Both the position numbers and the translations under genes were made by a program. The notes beneath the pieces were generated by a model that worked only from the letters and a program-made list of their open reading frames with translations, was not told the DNA's origin and searched no databases. From contig CAVVHE010000004.1 of NCBI GenBank assembly GCA_963748015.1, positions 576,001-640,000 on the forward strand: a stretch of DNA of 64,000 nucleotides, in the 5' to 3' direction. Position 1 is the first letter of the stretch, and every line of letters begins with the position of its first letter. Of the stretch, positions 20,891 to 31,735 are shown in pieces. This stretch comes from Terriglobia bacterium (GTDB lineage Bacteria > Acidobacteriota > Polarisedimenticolia > Polarisedimenticolales > JAIQFR01).

Positions 20891-23293
20891 ATGAAGACGT
20901 TTCGAGCGGTGGCACTGTTGGTCGCATGCGGGCTCCTGGTCGGGTGCGCTGCGGACAAAGCCTACCGGAAGGCGGAGACGGAGTCCCGGAAGGAGAACTG
21001 GGACCAGGCGGTCCTCGGCTACAGCAAGGCCGTGGCCCTCGACCCGGGCAACACGCGCTACAGCGTCTCGCTCGAGCGGGCGAAGCTCAAGGCGTCGGCC
21101 GTGCACTTCGAGAAGGGGAAGCGCTACGCGTCGGCCAGCCAGTGGGAGCTGGCCATCGCGGAGTACCAGCAGACCCTCCTCCTGAATCCCGGGAACCAGC
21201 ACGCCGCGACCGAGCTCGAGCGCGCGACGATCCAGCTCCAGCGGCGCAACTTGGGGCCGTCGGAGATGGAGCGTCTCAAGGCGAAGGCGAAGAAGGAGTC
21301 GCTCGCCCCGCCCAAGCTCTCGCCGCGCTCCAACATCCCGATCCTCCTCCAGTTCCGCGAGCAGCCGATCGGCAAGATCTTCGAGGCGATCGGCAAGGCC
21401 TCGGGGATCAACTTCATCTTCGACGACAAGACCGACCTGACCAAGCCGATGACCGTGGACATCGGGAACGTCACCCTCGACAAGGCCCTCGACATCCTGA
21501 TGCTCCAGACGAAGAACTTCTACAAGGTCATCGACGACTCCACCCTCCTGGTGGCCCCCGACAACCGGCAGAAGCGGCAGGAGCTGGAGGACCAGGTCAT
21601 CCGCACCTTCTACCTGAGCAACGGGGAGGTCAAGCAGGTCCAGACGCTGCTCCGCACGCTGCTCAACACCCGCCAGATCGCGGAGAACGATCCCCTGAAC
21701 TCGGTGACCATCAAGGACACGCCGGACAAGGTGGCGATCGCCGAGAAGATCATCGACGCGAACGACAAGGCCAAGGGCGAGATCGTCATCGACGTCGAGC
21801 TGCTCGAGATCAACCGCACGATCGCCCGAACGCTCGGGATCGACCTCAGCTCGAAGACGCTCTCGGCCACCTTCCGCGACGGGAAGCAGTCGGTCCCGCT
21901 CAACAACCTGAGCATCCTGAAGCAGGCCGGGAACTGGCTGGTCGGGACGATCCCGAGCGTCGTGATCAACTTCCTGAAGAGCGACTCGGACACCCGGTCG
22001 CTGGCGAAGCCGCAGCTCCGCGTGACCGAGGGGGAAAAGGCCGAGATCCTGATCGGACAACGCATCCCGATCCCGACAACGTCGTTCAACACCGGAGCTG
22101 TCGGTTCGGTCGGAGGCCAATCCTTCGTCCAGCCGATAACGTCTTACACCTATCAGAACGTCGGGATCACCGTGCAGCTCGAGCCGAGGGTCCACCACAA
22201 CAAGGAGGTCACCCTCAAGATCGACGTCGAGGTCTCGAACGTGGCGGGAGTGATCAACGTCGTCGGACAGGGCGGCGCCCAGCCGATCATCGGCACCCGC
22301 AACATCAAGACCGTGATCCGGCTGCGGGACGGCGAGACGAATCTCCTCGCGGGACTGATCAAGCGCGACGATTCGTCGTCCCAGACGGGCGTCGCGGGCC
22401 TGTCGGACATCCCCGGTCTCGGGAAGGTCTTCAGCAACAACGACATGAGCAGGTCCGAGACCGACCTCATCTTGACCTTGACCCCGTACATTCTCCGGAT
22501 ACCGGACATCACCGAGTCGGACCTCGTTCCGCTGTGGGTGGGGACCGAGGACAACATGAGGCTCCGGCTGCCGGCCCGGAACCCGTTCAACGAGTCTCCC
22601 TTCTCGCCCGCCGACGAAGGCGGGGCGGAGGGAGGTGCGGCCGCCGCCGCGCCTACCACGACCGCGCCTTCCGGGACGATCCCCGGTGGGACGGCCTACA
22701 CGCCCCCGGTGTCGGGGAGCACCGAGAAGCCGCCGGGAACCGGGGCCAGCCCGCAGCAAACGGCACCTCCGCCGAGCGAGGCCCGCGGGGGGGGCGGGAC
22801 GAACCCGCCCGACGACACGCCCGAGGAGCCTCCGCCGACCCCGCCCCCGACGGACAGGAAAGAGCCCCCGCCGCCGGCCGTGGTGCGCCTGATCCCATCC
22901 GCCCCGGCCTACAAGGTCGGCGACCGATTGGTCGTCGAGGTGCGGATCGAGAACGGCACGGGTGTGGGCTCGGTCCCGTTCCACCTCCGGTACAACCGGC
23001 AGGCGCTGGAGTTCGTGCCGCCCGGAATCCAGGGTCCTTTCCTGGCCAGCGACGGGACCGGCACCGTGTTCCTGGCCAACGACGCCGCCGGCGGGGGCGA
23101 GGTCGTCGTCGGCCTGTCCCGCCTCGGAGGCGGGGAAGGGGTCAACGGCTCCGGAATCCTGGCGACATTCCAGTTCCAGGCGGTGGGTCCGGGGGACTGC
23201 GCGTTCGCGTTCACCGGGGCGAGCGTGAAGGACGGGCAGGCGAGGAATCTCCCCTCGACGTTCCTCACGGCGGCGGTCCAGGTCCAGCCCTGA
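20891..23293 (+). CDS. Secretin (GspD/PilQ family) lipoprotein with N-terminal TPR and C-terminal cohesin-like domain
   Basis: LVGC lipobox, TPR helices, IRTFYLSN, IDVELLEIN, LAKPQL, YQNVGI, LRDGETNLLAGLI, Pro-rich linker, cohesin-like GSGILATFQF. Confidence 0.92.
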   Translation: MKTFRAVALLVACGLLVGCAADKAYRKAETESRKENWDQAVLGYSKAVALDPGNTRYSVSLERAKLKASAVHFEKGKRYASASQWELAIAEYQQTLLLNPGNQHAATELERATIQLQRRNLGPSEMERLKAKAKKESLAPPKLSPRSNIPILLQFREQPIGKIFEAIGKASGINFIFDDKTDLTKPMTVDIGNVTLDKALDILMLQTKNFYKVIDDSTLLVAPDNRQKRQELEDQVIRTFYLSNGEVKQVQTLLRTLLNTRQIAENDPLNSVTIKDTPDKVAIAEKIIDANDKAKGEIVIDVELLEINRTIARTLGIDLSSKTLSATFRDGKQSVPLNNLSILKQAGNWLVGTIPSVVINFLKSDSDTRSLAKPQLRVTEGEKAEILIGQRIPIPTTSFNTGAVGSVGGQSFVQPITSYTYQNVGITVQLEPRVHHNKEVTLKIDVEVSNVAGVINVVGQGGAQPIIGTRNIKTVIRLRDGETNLLAGLIKRDDSSSQTGVAGLSDIPGLGKVFSNNDMSRSETDLILTLTPYILRIPDITESDLVPLWVGTEDNMRLRLPARNPFNESPFSPADEGGAEGGAAAAAPTTTAPSGTIPGGTAYTPPVSGSTEKPPGTGASPQQTAPPPSEARGGGGTNPPDDTPEEPPPTPPPTDRKEPPPPAVVRLIPSAPAYKVGDRLVVEVRIENGTGVGSVPFHLRYNRQALEFVPPGIQGPFLASDGTGTVFLANDAAGGGEVVVGLSRLGGGEGVNGSGILATFQFQAVGPGDCAFAFTGASVKDGQARNLPSTFLTAAVQVQP

Positions 23294-23307
23294 CGCGGAA
23301 GAGAGAC

Positions 23308-23811
23308 ATGGCGCGAAGACGATCGGAAGGAGCGGCCGGACGAAAGGGAGGCGCGGGGGTGACGCTGATCGAGCTGGTCTGCGTCACCGCGATCGTCCTG
23401 GTCCTGGCCGGCGTGGCCATTCCGGTCGCGAGCACCTGGGTGCGGCGCGAGAAGGAGCTCGAGCTGCGCCAGGCGCTGCGGGGGATGCGGGAGGCGATCG
23501 ACCGCTTCCAGGCCGACGTGCAGCGGATCCCTGGAATGCGCCAGACGAAGATGAACGCGGTGAACCAGGACGGCTACCCCGAGAAGCTCGAGTGGCTCTA
23601 CGAGGGGTACGACATCGGCGACGCGGCGGGGACGCGCCTCAAGTACCTCCGCCGCCTGCCGAGGGACCCGATCACCGGGAAGAGCGAGTGGGCGACCCGC
23701 TCGAGCCGGGACCGGCCGGACGCCCACTTCAGCGACGAGATGAACATCTTCGACGTGCGCTCGAAGAGCGAGGCGGTCGCCCTCGACGGCACGCGCTACA
23801 GGGACTGGTGA
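23308..23811 (+). CDS. Type II secretion pseudopilin (GspG-like)
   Basis: Class III signal G|VTLIEL; REKELELRQAL, YLRRLPRDPIT, ALDGTRYRDW. Confidence 0.88.
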   Translation: MARRRSEGAAGRKGGAGVTLIELVCVTAIVLVLAGVAIPVASTWVRREKELELRQALRGMREAIDRFQADVQRIPGMRQTKMNAVNQDGYPEKLEWLYEGYDIGDAAGTRLKYLRRLPRDPITGKSEWATRSSRDRPDAHFSDEMNIFDVRSKSEAVALDGTRYRDW

Positions 23812-23815
23812 GGAG

Positions 23816-24247
23816 GTGGGTATCGTGCCGCTACGAGGCATGCGGAGCGGGCCCGCGGGGCGGCGCTCGGGGGGATTCACCCTCATCGAGCTCCTCGTGG
23901 TCGTCGCCATCATCGGGATCATCGTGACGGTGGCGTCGGGTCAGTACCGCCGGTCCATCCAGAAAGCGAAGGAAGCGGTCCTCAAGGAGGACCTGTACAT
24001 CATGCGCACCGCGATCAACCAGTACTTCGCCGACAAGGGGAAGTACCCGTCCGACCTGCGGGCGCTGGTGGACGACAGCTATCTCAAGGCGGTCCCCGTG
24101 GACCCGGTCACCCTCAGCACCGAGACCTGGGTGACGGAGATGTCCGAGGGGGACGAGAAGGACATCTCGACGGAGCCGGGGATCGCGGACGTCCGCAGCG
24201 GGGCCCCGGGGACGAGCCTCGACGGGTCGAGTTTCGCGGAATGGTAG
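23816..24247 (+). CDS. Type II secretion pseudopilin (GspG-like)
   Basis: G|FTLIELLVV; AKEAVLKEDL, YFADKGKYP, YLKAVPVDPVT; start may be the ATG at 23840. Confidence 0.9.
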   Translation: MGIVPLRGMRSGPAGRRSGGFTLIELLVVVAIIGIIVTVASGQYRRSIQKAKEAVLKEDLYIMRTAINQYFADKGKYPSDLRALVDDSYLKAVPVDPVTLSTETWVTEMSEGDEKDISTEPGIADVRSGAPGTSLDGSSFAEW

Positions 24248-24282
24248 GAGCAGGCGGCAGTACCGCCGCAAGGAGACATGTC

Positions 24283-25350
24283 ATGAACCGCAACAGCCAC
24301 CTCGCTCGTTCCGCCGCGCTCATCCTGCTGGCCATCGCGACCTGCGGGAGCTGCGAGAAGGGCGAGGTCCTCGCCCCCGCGGAGTCGACGATCACCCTGA
24401 CCGCGACGCCAAACCCGGTGACCTTCAAGGAGGACGACACCGAGTTGCCGGTGGACATCGAAGCCCGCCTGCGGACGAAGGACGGCTTTCCGCAGCAGGG
24501 TGTGACCGTGACGTTCACCACGACGGGGGGAAGACTCGAGCCGGACTCCATCACGACCAACAGCGACAGCATCGCCAGGGTCCAACTCATCGTCCTGGTG
24601 ACCGACCCGGACTCAATCGAGGTAACCGCGACGTCTGGAGGGGTCTCGCAAAAGGTCCCCATCACCAAGAAGCTCGAAGGCGTGGCCCCCTCGGACGGCA
24701 CCCTGACGCTGAGCGGTCCATCGAGCGTCAGCATCGACGGTGCGAGCGATCCCGGCATGCAAAAGACCGTCTCCTTCGTCGCGCTGGTCAAGGACAAGGC
24801 CAACCTGCCCCTTGCGCTGGTTCCGGTCGAGTTCACGGCGTCGCCGTGCAAGTTCGATTCCGATTCCGGGCCGACAGACCGGATCACGGTAAACACCGGC
24901 GCCGCCGGCACCGCGTCGACCGACGTGGTCATCAAGATCACGGATTACGTGCAGTGCTCGATCTTCGCCCAGGCCGGCGCGCTGACGGCCAACACGACCA
25001 TCGCCAAGTCCGTGAGCTCCATCCCGGACGGCGCCTACATCGACCAGAGCGCCAACCCACCCCAAATCACGATCTACGTGAACCAGGGACAGACGAGCGG
25101 AAGCACGGCCGTGTCGGCGCTGGTCACCGTGAGCCAGGGAGGTCTGGCGATTCCCGGGATAACGGTGTTGTTTTCGACGACCGGGGGCGGACAGCTCGGA
25201 AGTACCAGCGTCGTCACGGACAACCAGGGAAGGGCGACGGCGACCCTCACGATGACGACCAACGATCCGTCTTCGACCATTATCAACATCACGGCGAATC
25301 CGATCACGACGCAACTGACGGTTGACAAGAACGAGGTGACCACCCCGTGA
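24283..25350 (+). CDS. Thr-rich lipoprotein with tandem Ig-like (Big_1/invasin-type) domains
   Basis: Signal peptide with Cys; repeated motifs GVTVTFTTTGG...TTNSD and GITVLFSTTGGG...TDNQGRATATL; AGGAG RBS. Confidence 0.7.
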   Translation: MNRNSHLARSAALILLAIATCGSCEKGEVLAPAESTITLTATPNPVTFKEDDTELPVDIEARLRTKDGFPQQGVTVTFTTTGGRLEPDSITTNSDSIARVQLIVLVTDPDSIEVTATSGGVSQKVPITKKLEGVAPSDGTLTLSGPSSVSIDGASDPGMQKTVSFVALVKDKANLPLALVPVEFTASPCKFDSDSGPTDRITVNTGAAGTASTDVVIKITDYVQCSIFAQAGALTANTTIAKSVSSIPDGAYIDQSANPPQITIYVNQGQTSGSTAVSALVTVSQGGLAIPGITVLFSTTGGGQLGSTSVVTDNQGRATATLTMTTNDPSSTIINITANPITTQLTVDKNEVTTP

Positions 25351-25399
25351 GGTCACGCGGACGCGTGCGGAAGAACATCGGGAACCGGGAGGCCGCAGC

Positions 25400-26227
25400 A
25401 TGAGCGGCAACGGTCGCGACGCGGAACGAGGCCACCTCATGGTGGGCCTCGTCGCGGCCGTGGCCGTCATGATGATCCTCACCCTCGTCGCGGAGCAGGT
25501 CTGGGCGGACGTCCTGCGGCGCGATCTCGAGGCGGAGATGATCTTCCGGGCGCAGGACATCGTCCGCGCGCTGAAGCGCTACCGCGCGGACCACGGCGGG
25601 AAGCTGCCGACGGAGCTCAAGGAAATGATGGAGCCCGGGCCGCGGGGCGCGTATTACCTCCGCAAGCTCTGGAAGGACCCGCTGGTCAAGGACGGGAAGT
25701 GGGGGCTCCTCTACGCCTCCCCGCAGGGGGGATACCTCGATCCGAACGCGCCTCCCGGGATGGACCCGTCGGTGCCCCTCGGCCTTCCGTCCGGGGCCGC
25801 CCCCGGGCAGCAGCCGCGTGAGCCCGAGCGTCCGGCGCGGGACCGGAAGCAGCCCCAGAGTCCCGACGATTCGAAACCTCGCCCCGACGACCAGGAAGGC
25901 TCGGACGAGTCGTCGCCCGGGGCGCGGAAAGAGAGCCCCGGAAGCCTGAGGACCCGTTTCGGCGCGGCGACCGGGGAGATGACGGGGATGCCGATCATCG
26001 GCGTGAAGAGCCTGTGCGCCAAGAAGCCGTTCCGCGTCATCAACGACCAGGCCGAGTACGCCCTCTGGCGGTTCACCCTGCTCGACCTCGAGCAGCCCCA
26101 GCGCCCCGGCGCGGGACCGGGCGGGGTGAATCCCCAGAACCCGGGACAGGGGCTCCCCGGGACGCCGGGCGCGGGCAAGAATCCGTTCGGCGGCAGGAAC
26201 CGTCCGGGTCGCCTCAACAACAACTGA
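25400..26227 (+). CDS. Minor pseudopilin-like protein lacking Glu5
   Basis: ERG|HLMVGLV prepilin-like N-terminus; RRDLEAEMIFR and YLRKLWKDP echo the upstream pseudopilins; Pro/Gly-rich tail. Confidence 0.75.
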   Translation: MSGNGRDAERGHLMVGLVAAVAVMMILTLVAEQVWADVLRRDLEAEMIFRAQDIVRALKRYRADHGGKLPTELKEMMEPGPRGAYYLRKLWKDPLVKDGKWGLLYASPQGGYLDPNAPPGMDPSVPLGLPSGAAPGQQPREPERPARDRKQPQSPDDSKPRPDDQEGSDESSPGARKESPGSLRTRFGAATGEMTGMPIIGVKSLCAKKPFRVINDQAEYALWRFTLLDLEQPQRPGAGPGGVNPQNPGQGLPGTPGAGKNPFGGRNRPGRLNNN

Positions 26228-26349
26228 TCCCCCCGCGTGCGGTGGTCGGCCGGGGTGGGGGTGCTATATACTCCGCGGCCCCACTGAAGGCGGCCCGGGA
26301 GGGCGCGCATCGCGCGGCCCGCGCCGCCGGTTTCCATCCGGCGAGGGCC

Positions 26350-27612
26350 ATGATACGCAAGGAAAAGCTAGACAACGGCCTGACCCTCATCACCGAGAGC
26401 ATGCCCCACGTCCGCTCGGTGGCGATCGGTATCTGGCTGCGGCAGGGTAGCCGGCACGAGCCGGCGAAGCTCAACGGCGCCTCCCACTTCATCGAGCACC
26501 TGGTCTTCAAGGGGACCGAGAATCGCTCGGCGCGCGAGATCGCCCTCGCCATGGACACGGTCGGCGGGCAGATGGACGCCTTCACCTCGAAGGAGTACAC
26601 CTGCTTCTACGCCAAGGTGCTCGACGAGCACGTTCCGGTGGCCGTGGACCTCCTCTCCGACATCGTGCTCCGCCCCCGCTTCGACCCGGACGATCTGGAG
26701 CGCGAGCGGAAGGTCGTGATGGAGGAGATCCGGATGGTGGAGGACTCCCCGGAAGAGCTCGTCTACGACCTCTTCTCGAGCCACTTCTACCCCAAGCACC
26801 CGCTCGGACGCCCGATCCAGGGGACCGAGACGACCGTGGCGGGCCTCAGCCGCTCGCGTCTTCTCCGCTTCTTCCACGGGGCGTACCGTCCCGGGAACAT
26901 TCTCATCGCGGCCGCGGGGAACATCCGGCACGACCGGTTCGCCCGGACGATCCGGCGCGCGTTCGGGAAGATGCCGCGCACCCGCGACGGGTCCCGGCCG
27001 ACCACGACGCCGAGGCCGAATCCGGGGCTCGTGACCCGCTCGAAGCGCGAGCTGGAGCAGCTCCACCTCGTGCTGGGCGTTCCCGGTTTCCCCGAGCGCT
27101 TCGAGCAGAGGTACTCGCTGTTCGTGCTCAACGCGCTCTTTGGCGGCACGATGTCCTCGCGCCTCTTCCAGAAGGTCCGGGAGGAGAGGGGGCTCGCGTA
27201 CAGCGTCTACTCGGCCGTCAACGCCTTCGCCGACGCCGGCCTCCTGATGGTCTACGCGGCGACCAGCCCTTCCAAGGGAAAGGAAGTCCTGCGGCTGATC
27301 CTCGCCGAGATCGAGGACCTCGCGGAGCGGAAGCCGGACGCGTCCGAGACCGAGGTCGCGAAGGAGCACCTCAAGGGGAGCCTGATGCTCTCCCTCGAGT
27401 CCACCGTGAGCCGGATGTCCAACCTGGCGCGGCAGGAGATCTACTTCGGCCGGCAATTCTCCCTCGAGGAGACGATCCGCGGGGTCGAGTCGGTCTCCCG
27501 CGAGAGCATCCACCGGGTCGCGAAGCGGCTCTTCGAGAATCGCCGCCTCGCCGTGGCCGCGGTCGGGAGGACCTCCGGCCTGCGCCTCGGCCGGGGAACG
27601 CTCACGTCATGA
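26350..27612 (+). CDS. M16 family (pitrilysin-like) zinc peptidase
   Basis: HFIEH inverted zinc motif, [27 protein letters not shown]. Confidence 0.93.
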   Translation: MIRKEKLDNGLTLITESMPHVRSVAIGIWLRQGSRHEPAKLNGASHFIEHLVFKGTENRSAREIALAMDTVGGQMDAFTSKEYTCFYAKVLDEHVPVAVDLLSDIVLRPRFDPDDLERERKVVMEEIRMVEDSPEELVYDLFSSHFYPKHPLGRPIQGTETTVAGLSRSRLLRFFHGAYRPGNILIAAAGNIRHDRFARTIRRAFGKMPRTRDGSRPTTTPRPNPGLVTRSKRELEQLHLVLGVPGFPERFEQRYSLFVLNALFGGTMSSRLFQKVREERGLAYSVYSAVNAFADAGLLMVYAATSPSKGKEVLRLILAEIEDLAERKPDASETEVAKEHLKGSLMLSLESTVSRMSNLARQEIYFGRQFSLEETIRGVESVSRESIHRVAKRLFENRRLAVAAVGRTSGLRLGRGTLTS

Positions 27613-28070
27613 CCGGCGGGACGACCGAGCGCGTTCTCGTCCGCCGGTTGCCGGAAGCCAGGGATCTTCCGTTCCCGTGCCGGGCGACGGACCGGTCCGC
27701 GGGATTCGACCTCAGGGCCCGCGTCGAGGCGCCGCTCACGATCGAGCCCGGCGCGCGCGCCCTCGTTCCCACGGGGATCGCTATCGCCCTCCCCGACGGG
27801 TACGAGGCGCAGCTGAGGCCGCGCAGCGGCCTCGCTCTCCGGTCCGGCCTGACGCTCCTGAACACCCCGGGGACGGTGGACGCGGACTACCGGGGAGAGA
27901 TCGGAGTCGTGATGGTCAACCTCGGCGCGGAGCCGGCCACGATCCGCCGGGGCGACCGGATTGCCCAGATGGTGGTATCCCGCCTGCCGGTCGTCGAGCT
28001 CGAGGAAGCGGATTCGCTCCCCGAGACCGCGCGCGGGCCCGGCGGCTTCGGCCACACCGGAACCAGCTAG
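27609..28070 (+). CDS. dut: dUTP diphosphatase
   Basis: [42 protein letters not shown]. Confidence 0.97.
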   Translation: MTGGTTERVLVRRLPEARDLPFPCRATDRSAGFDLRARVEAPLTIEPGARALVPTGIAIALPDGYEAQLRPRSGLALRSGLTLLNTPGTVDADYRGEIGVVMVNLGAEPATIRRGDRIAQMVVSRLPVVELEEADSLPETARGPGGFGHTGTS

Positions 28071-28078
28071 GAGGGGCA

Positions 28079-28858
28079 GTGGCGGTCCGGATCTTGCCGC
28101 TCGGCTCGAGCTCGAACGGGAATTCGACGCTGCTGGAGTTCGGGCGGACACGCCTGCTGGTGGACGCCGGTCTCTCGTCGCGCGAGCTGACCCGCCGCGT
28201 CGAGGCGGCGGGGGTCGATCCCGCGAGCCTCTCGTGCATTCTCCTGACCCACGAGCACCACGATCACAGCCGCGGCACCGAGCGATTCTCGATGCGGCAC
28301 AAGGTGCCGGTCGTCTGCGCGCCCGAGGCCCTCGAGGCGATGAACCTCTCGCCGGTGCACCTGGCGTCCTGGGCCCCGCTCTCTCCGGGGAGCGTGTTCG
28401 AGATCGGCGGGGTCCGGGTGGATCCCTTCCCGATCCCTCACGATGCCGTGGCGCCGCTCGGTTTCGTTCTCGAGGGGGAAGGGGTGCGCGTCGGAGTCGC
28501 CCTGGACCTCGGCCACGCCACGACCCTGGTCGTCGAGCGGCTTCGCGGGTGCCACGTGCTGTTCGTCGAGTCGAACCACGACGACCGCATGCTTCAGGCC
28601 GGGCCGTACCCCTGGCAGCTCAAGCAGCGGATCGGCGGGAGAATGGGGCACCTCAGCAACACCGACGCGGCCGCGCTCCTCGCCCGCGTCGCGGACGACG
28701 AGTGCCGGGCGGTGGTCCTGGCGCACCTGTCGGAGAGGAACAACACGCCGGCGCTGGCGCGCTCCGCGGCGTCCTCCGCCCTCGCGTCCGCCGGACGGAA
28801 ACGGTACGAGATGCGGGTCGCGGAGGCGCGCCGTCCCAGCGTGCCCCTGACGTTGTGA
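28079..28858 (+). CDS. MBL-fold metallohydrolase (YycJ/WalJ-like)
   Basis: LGSSSNGN, VDAG, THEHHDH, PHDA, ESNHD, GHLSN, LAHLSERNN. Confidence 0.9.
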   Translation: MAVRILPLGSSSNGNSTLLEFGRTRLLVDAGLSSRELTRRVEAAGVDPASLSCILLTHEHHDHSRGTERFSMRHKVPVVCAPEALEAMNLSPVHLASWAPLSPGSVFEIGGVRVDPFPIPHDAVAPLGFVLEGEGVRVGVALDLGHATTLVVERLRGCHVLFVESNHDDRMLQAGPYPWQLKQRIGGRMGHLSNTDAAALLARVADDECRAVVLAHLSERNNTPALARSAASSALASAGRKRYEMRVAEARRPSVPLTL

Positions 28859-28880
28859 CGGGCGAAGGGAGGGAGGCGGC

Positions 28881-30176
28881 ATGATCGAGCGGTACACCCG
28901 GGCCGAGATGGGGCGCCTCTGGACCGACGAGGCGAGGTTCGCGACCTGGCTGGAAGTGGAGTTGGCCGTATGCGAGGCGCTCGGGGCGCGAGGGATGATC
29001 CCGGCCGCCGACCTCGCGGCCATCCGGGAGAAGGCGGGCTTCGACACGAAGCGGATCGCGGAGATCGAGGCCGAGGTCCGCCACGACGTGATCGCCTTCC
29101 TGACCAGCGTTTCCGAGAAGGTCGGGCCCCCGGCGCGCCACATCCACTACGGGCTGACCTCCTCGGACGTGCTCGACACCGCGCTGGCACTCACCCTCGT
29201 CCGCGCCGCCGACCTGATCCTCGCCGATCTCGGCCGCTTGATGGAGGTCCTGAGACGGCGGGCGCTCGAGCATCGCCGCACGGTGATGGTGGGCCGGACC
29301 CACGGCATCCACGCCGAGCCCTACACCCTCGGCCTCAAGCTCGCGGGCTGGTACGCCGAGGCCGCGCGAAACCGGGAGCGCCTCGGCGCGGCCCGCGAGG
29401 AGATCCGCCACGGCAAGATCTCGGGGGCGGTGGGGACCTACGCCCACCTCGGTCCCGAGATCGAGGCCGAGGTGCTCGAGCGGCTCGGCCTCCGTCCCGA
29501 GCCGGTTTCCACCCAGGTCGTTCCCCGCGACCGGCACGCCGCCTACGTGTCGGCGCTGGCCGTGACCGCCTCGTCCGTGGACCGGATCGCCACGGAGATC
29601 CGCCACCTGCAGCGGACCGACGTGCGGGAGGTCGAGGAGCCGTTCGCCAAGGGGCAGAAGGGATCGTCGGCGATGCCGCACAAGCGGAATCCCGTCGGCG
29701 CCGAGAACCTCTGCGGCCTCGCCCGGCTCGTGCGCTCCCACGCGGGCGCGGCGCTCGAGAACGTCGCGCTCTGGCACGAGAGGGACATCTCGCACTCCTC
29801 GGTGGAGCGGGTCATCCTCCCGGACTCCACGATCCTCGTGGACTACATGCTGAGCCGGCTCACCGGGATCCTGGACGGCCTTCTCGTCTACCCCGATGCG
29901 ATGCGGGCGAACCTGGACAAGATGCGGGGGCTGGTGTTCTCCCAGGCGGTTCTCCTGGCGCTGACCCGCGCCGGGATGAGCCGGGACGCCGCGTACGCGG
30001 CCGTGCAACGGAACGCGATGAAGGTCTGGGAGGGGAGCGCGGGGTTCAGGGACCTTCTCGCCTCGGATCCCGAGGTGTCGGCGGCGCTCTCCGGGGCGGA
30101 TCTCGACGCGGCATTCGACGCGTCGCAGACGCTCCGGCACGTGGACGCGATCTTCTCGCGCGTATTCGGGGAGTGA
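28881..30176 (+). CDS. purB: Adenylosuccinate lyase
   Basis: [33 protein letters not shown]. Confidence 0.97.
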   Translation: MIERYTRAEMGRLWTDEARFATWLEVELAVCEALGARGMIPAADLAAIREKAGFDTKRIAEIEAEVRHDVIAFLTSVSEKVGPPARHIHYGLTSSDVLDTALALTLVRAADLILADLGRLMEVLRRRALEHRRTVMVGRTHGIHAEPYTLGLKLAGWYAEAARNRERLGAAREEIRHGKISGAVGTYAHLGPEIEAEVLERLGLRPEPVSTQVVPRDRHAAYVSALAVTASSVDRIATEIRHLQRTDVREVEEPFAKGQKGSSAMPHKRNPVGAENLCGLARLVRSHAGAALENVALWHERDISHSSVERVILPDSTILVDYMLSRLTGILDGLLVYPDAMRANLDKMRGLVFSQAVLLALTRAGMSRDAAYAAVQRNAMKVWEGSAGFRDLLASDPEVSAALSGADLDAAFDASQTLRHVDAIFSRVFGE

Positions 30177-30266
30177 TCGGGGCGGAAGGTATAATCTGCG
30201 CGTCCCGCGGCCGGGCCGGCGGCACGGCGGCACCGGGTTCGCGAGGGATGGGGACGGCGTACAGCG

Positions 30267-31652
30267 ATGTGCGGAATCGTCGGGATCTTCGGGCACCCTG
30301 AAGCCTCGAAACTCGCCTGCCTGGCGCTCTACGCCCTCCAGCACCGAGGACAGGAGTCCGCGGGGATCGTCACCGCGGACGGCCGGCAGCTTCACCGGCG
30401 CGCGGGAATGGGCCACGTGTCCGAGGTCTTCTCCCGCGACGTCCTCGGGGCGTTGCCGGGAGACTGCGCGCTCGGACACGTCCGCTACTCCACCTACGGC
30501 GACTCGGACCCCGCCAACGCGCAGCCGTTCCTGGTGCGGCACCACCGGGGGCCGATCGCGGTGGCGCACAACGGGAACCTCGTGGACGCCGGCCTCCTGC
30601 GCGGCGACCTCGAGGGCGAGGGGTCGATCTTCCAGACGACGACCGACACCGAGGCGGTCCTCCACCTCGTGGCGCGGTCGCGCGAGCCGGACGTCGTGGA
30701 CGCGATCGTCGGCGCGCTCAGGCAGGTGCGCGGCGCCTACACGATGGTGTTCCTGGTGCCGGGGCGACTCATCGCGGTGCGCGATCCCATGGGGTTCCGG
30801 CCGCTGTCTCTCGGGCGCCTCGACAAGGGCTGGGTGCTCGCGAGCGAGACCTGCGCCTTCGACCTCCTCGGCGTCGAGAAGGTCAAGGATCTCGAGCGAG
30901 GGGAAGTCCTCGTGGTGGACGTCGCCGGGGTCCACTCGTTCCGCCCGTTCCCGCCGGCGCGCCCCGCCCCCTGCGCGTTCGAGCACGTCTATTTCTCCCG
31001 TCCCGACAGCGAGCTCTTCGGGCGCTCGGTGCAGGCGGTCCGCAAGCGTCTGGGCGAGGAGCTGTTCCGGGAGCAGCCCGCCGAGGCGGACTTGGTGGTG
31101 CCGGTCCCGGACTCCGGCAATTTCGCGGCGCTCGGCTACGCTCGCGCGTCGGGAGTGCCGTTCGAGCTCGGCCTCACCCGGAACCACTACATCGGGAGGA
31201 CCTTCATCGAGCCGAGCGTCGAGATCCGGAACTTCGGCGTGAAGGTCAAGCTGAACCCGGTGCGCGAGGTACTCGCGGGACGCAGGATCGTATTGATCGA
31301 CGACTCCATCGTGCGGGGGACCACCAGCCGGAAGATCGTCCAGCTCTGCCGGGACGCCGGCGCGCGCGAGGTGCACGTCCGCATCTCGTGTCCGCCGACG
31401 ATCGGCCCCTGCTACTACGGCATCGACACCCCGCGCCGGGAGGAGCTGATCGCGGCGCGCCACACGATGGAGGAGATCCGAGAGTACGTCGGCTCGGATT
31501 CCCTGGGCTACCTGAGTCTCCAAGGGCTCCTGAAGGCCATGGAAGCCGAGCCGGACTCGTTCTGCACCGCCTGCTGGACGGACGAGCACCCGGTGGCGAT
31601 CCCGAGGGCCGAGGCGGACCAGCTGCGCCTGTTCGAGAGGGAGCCGCGCTGA
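30267..31652 (+). CDS. purF: Amidophosphoribosyltransferase
   Basis: MCGIVG, LQHRGQESAG, GHVRYST, VPVPDSG, LIDDSIVRGTTS; TATAAT at 30190-30195 upstream. Confidence 0.97.
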   Translation: MCGIVGIFGHPEASKLACLALYALQHRGQESAGIVTADGRQLHRRAGMGHVSEVFSRDVLGALPGDCALGHVRYSTYGDSDPANAQPFLVRHHRGPIAVAHNGNLVDAGLLRGDLEGEGSIFQTTTDTEAVLHLVARSREPDVVDAIVGALRQVRGAYTMVFLVPGRLIAVRDPMGFRPLSLGRLDKGWVLASETCAFDLLGVEKVKDLERGEVLVVDVAGVHSFRPFPPARPAPCAFEHVYFSRPDSELFGRSVQAVRKRLGEELFREQPAEADLVVPVPDSGNFAALGYARASGVPFELGLTRNHYIGRTFIEPSVEIRNFGVKVKLNPVREVLAGRRIVLIDDSIVRGTTSRKIVQLCRDAGAREVHVRISCPPTIGPCYYGIDTPRREELIAARHTMEEIREYVGSDSLGYLSLQGLLKAMEAEPDSFCTACWTDEHPVAIPRAEADQLRLFEREPR

Positions 31653-31735
31653 CACGCGCCGTTGCCCGGCCGCAACCGGCCGGGTGGCTCGAGAGACGGC
31701 CGGGCGCCATGTTTCGCGCGTAGCGTGGAGGGCCG

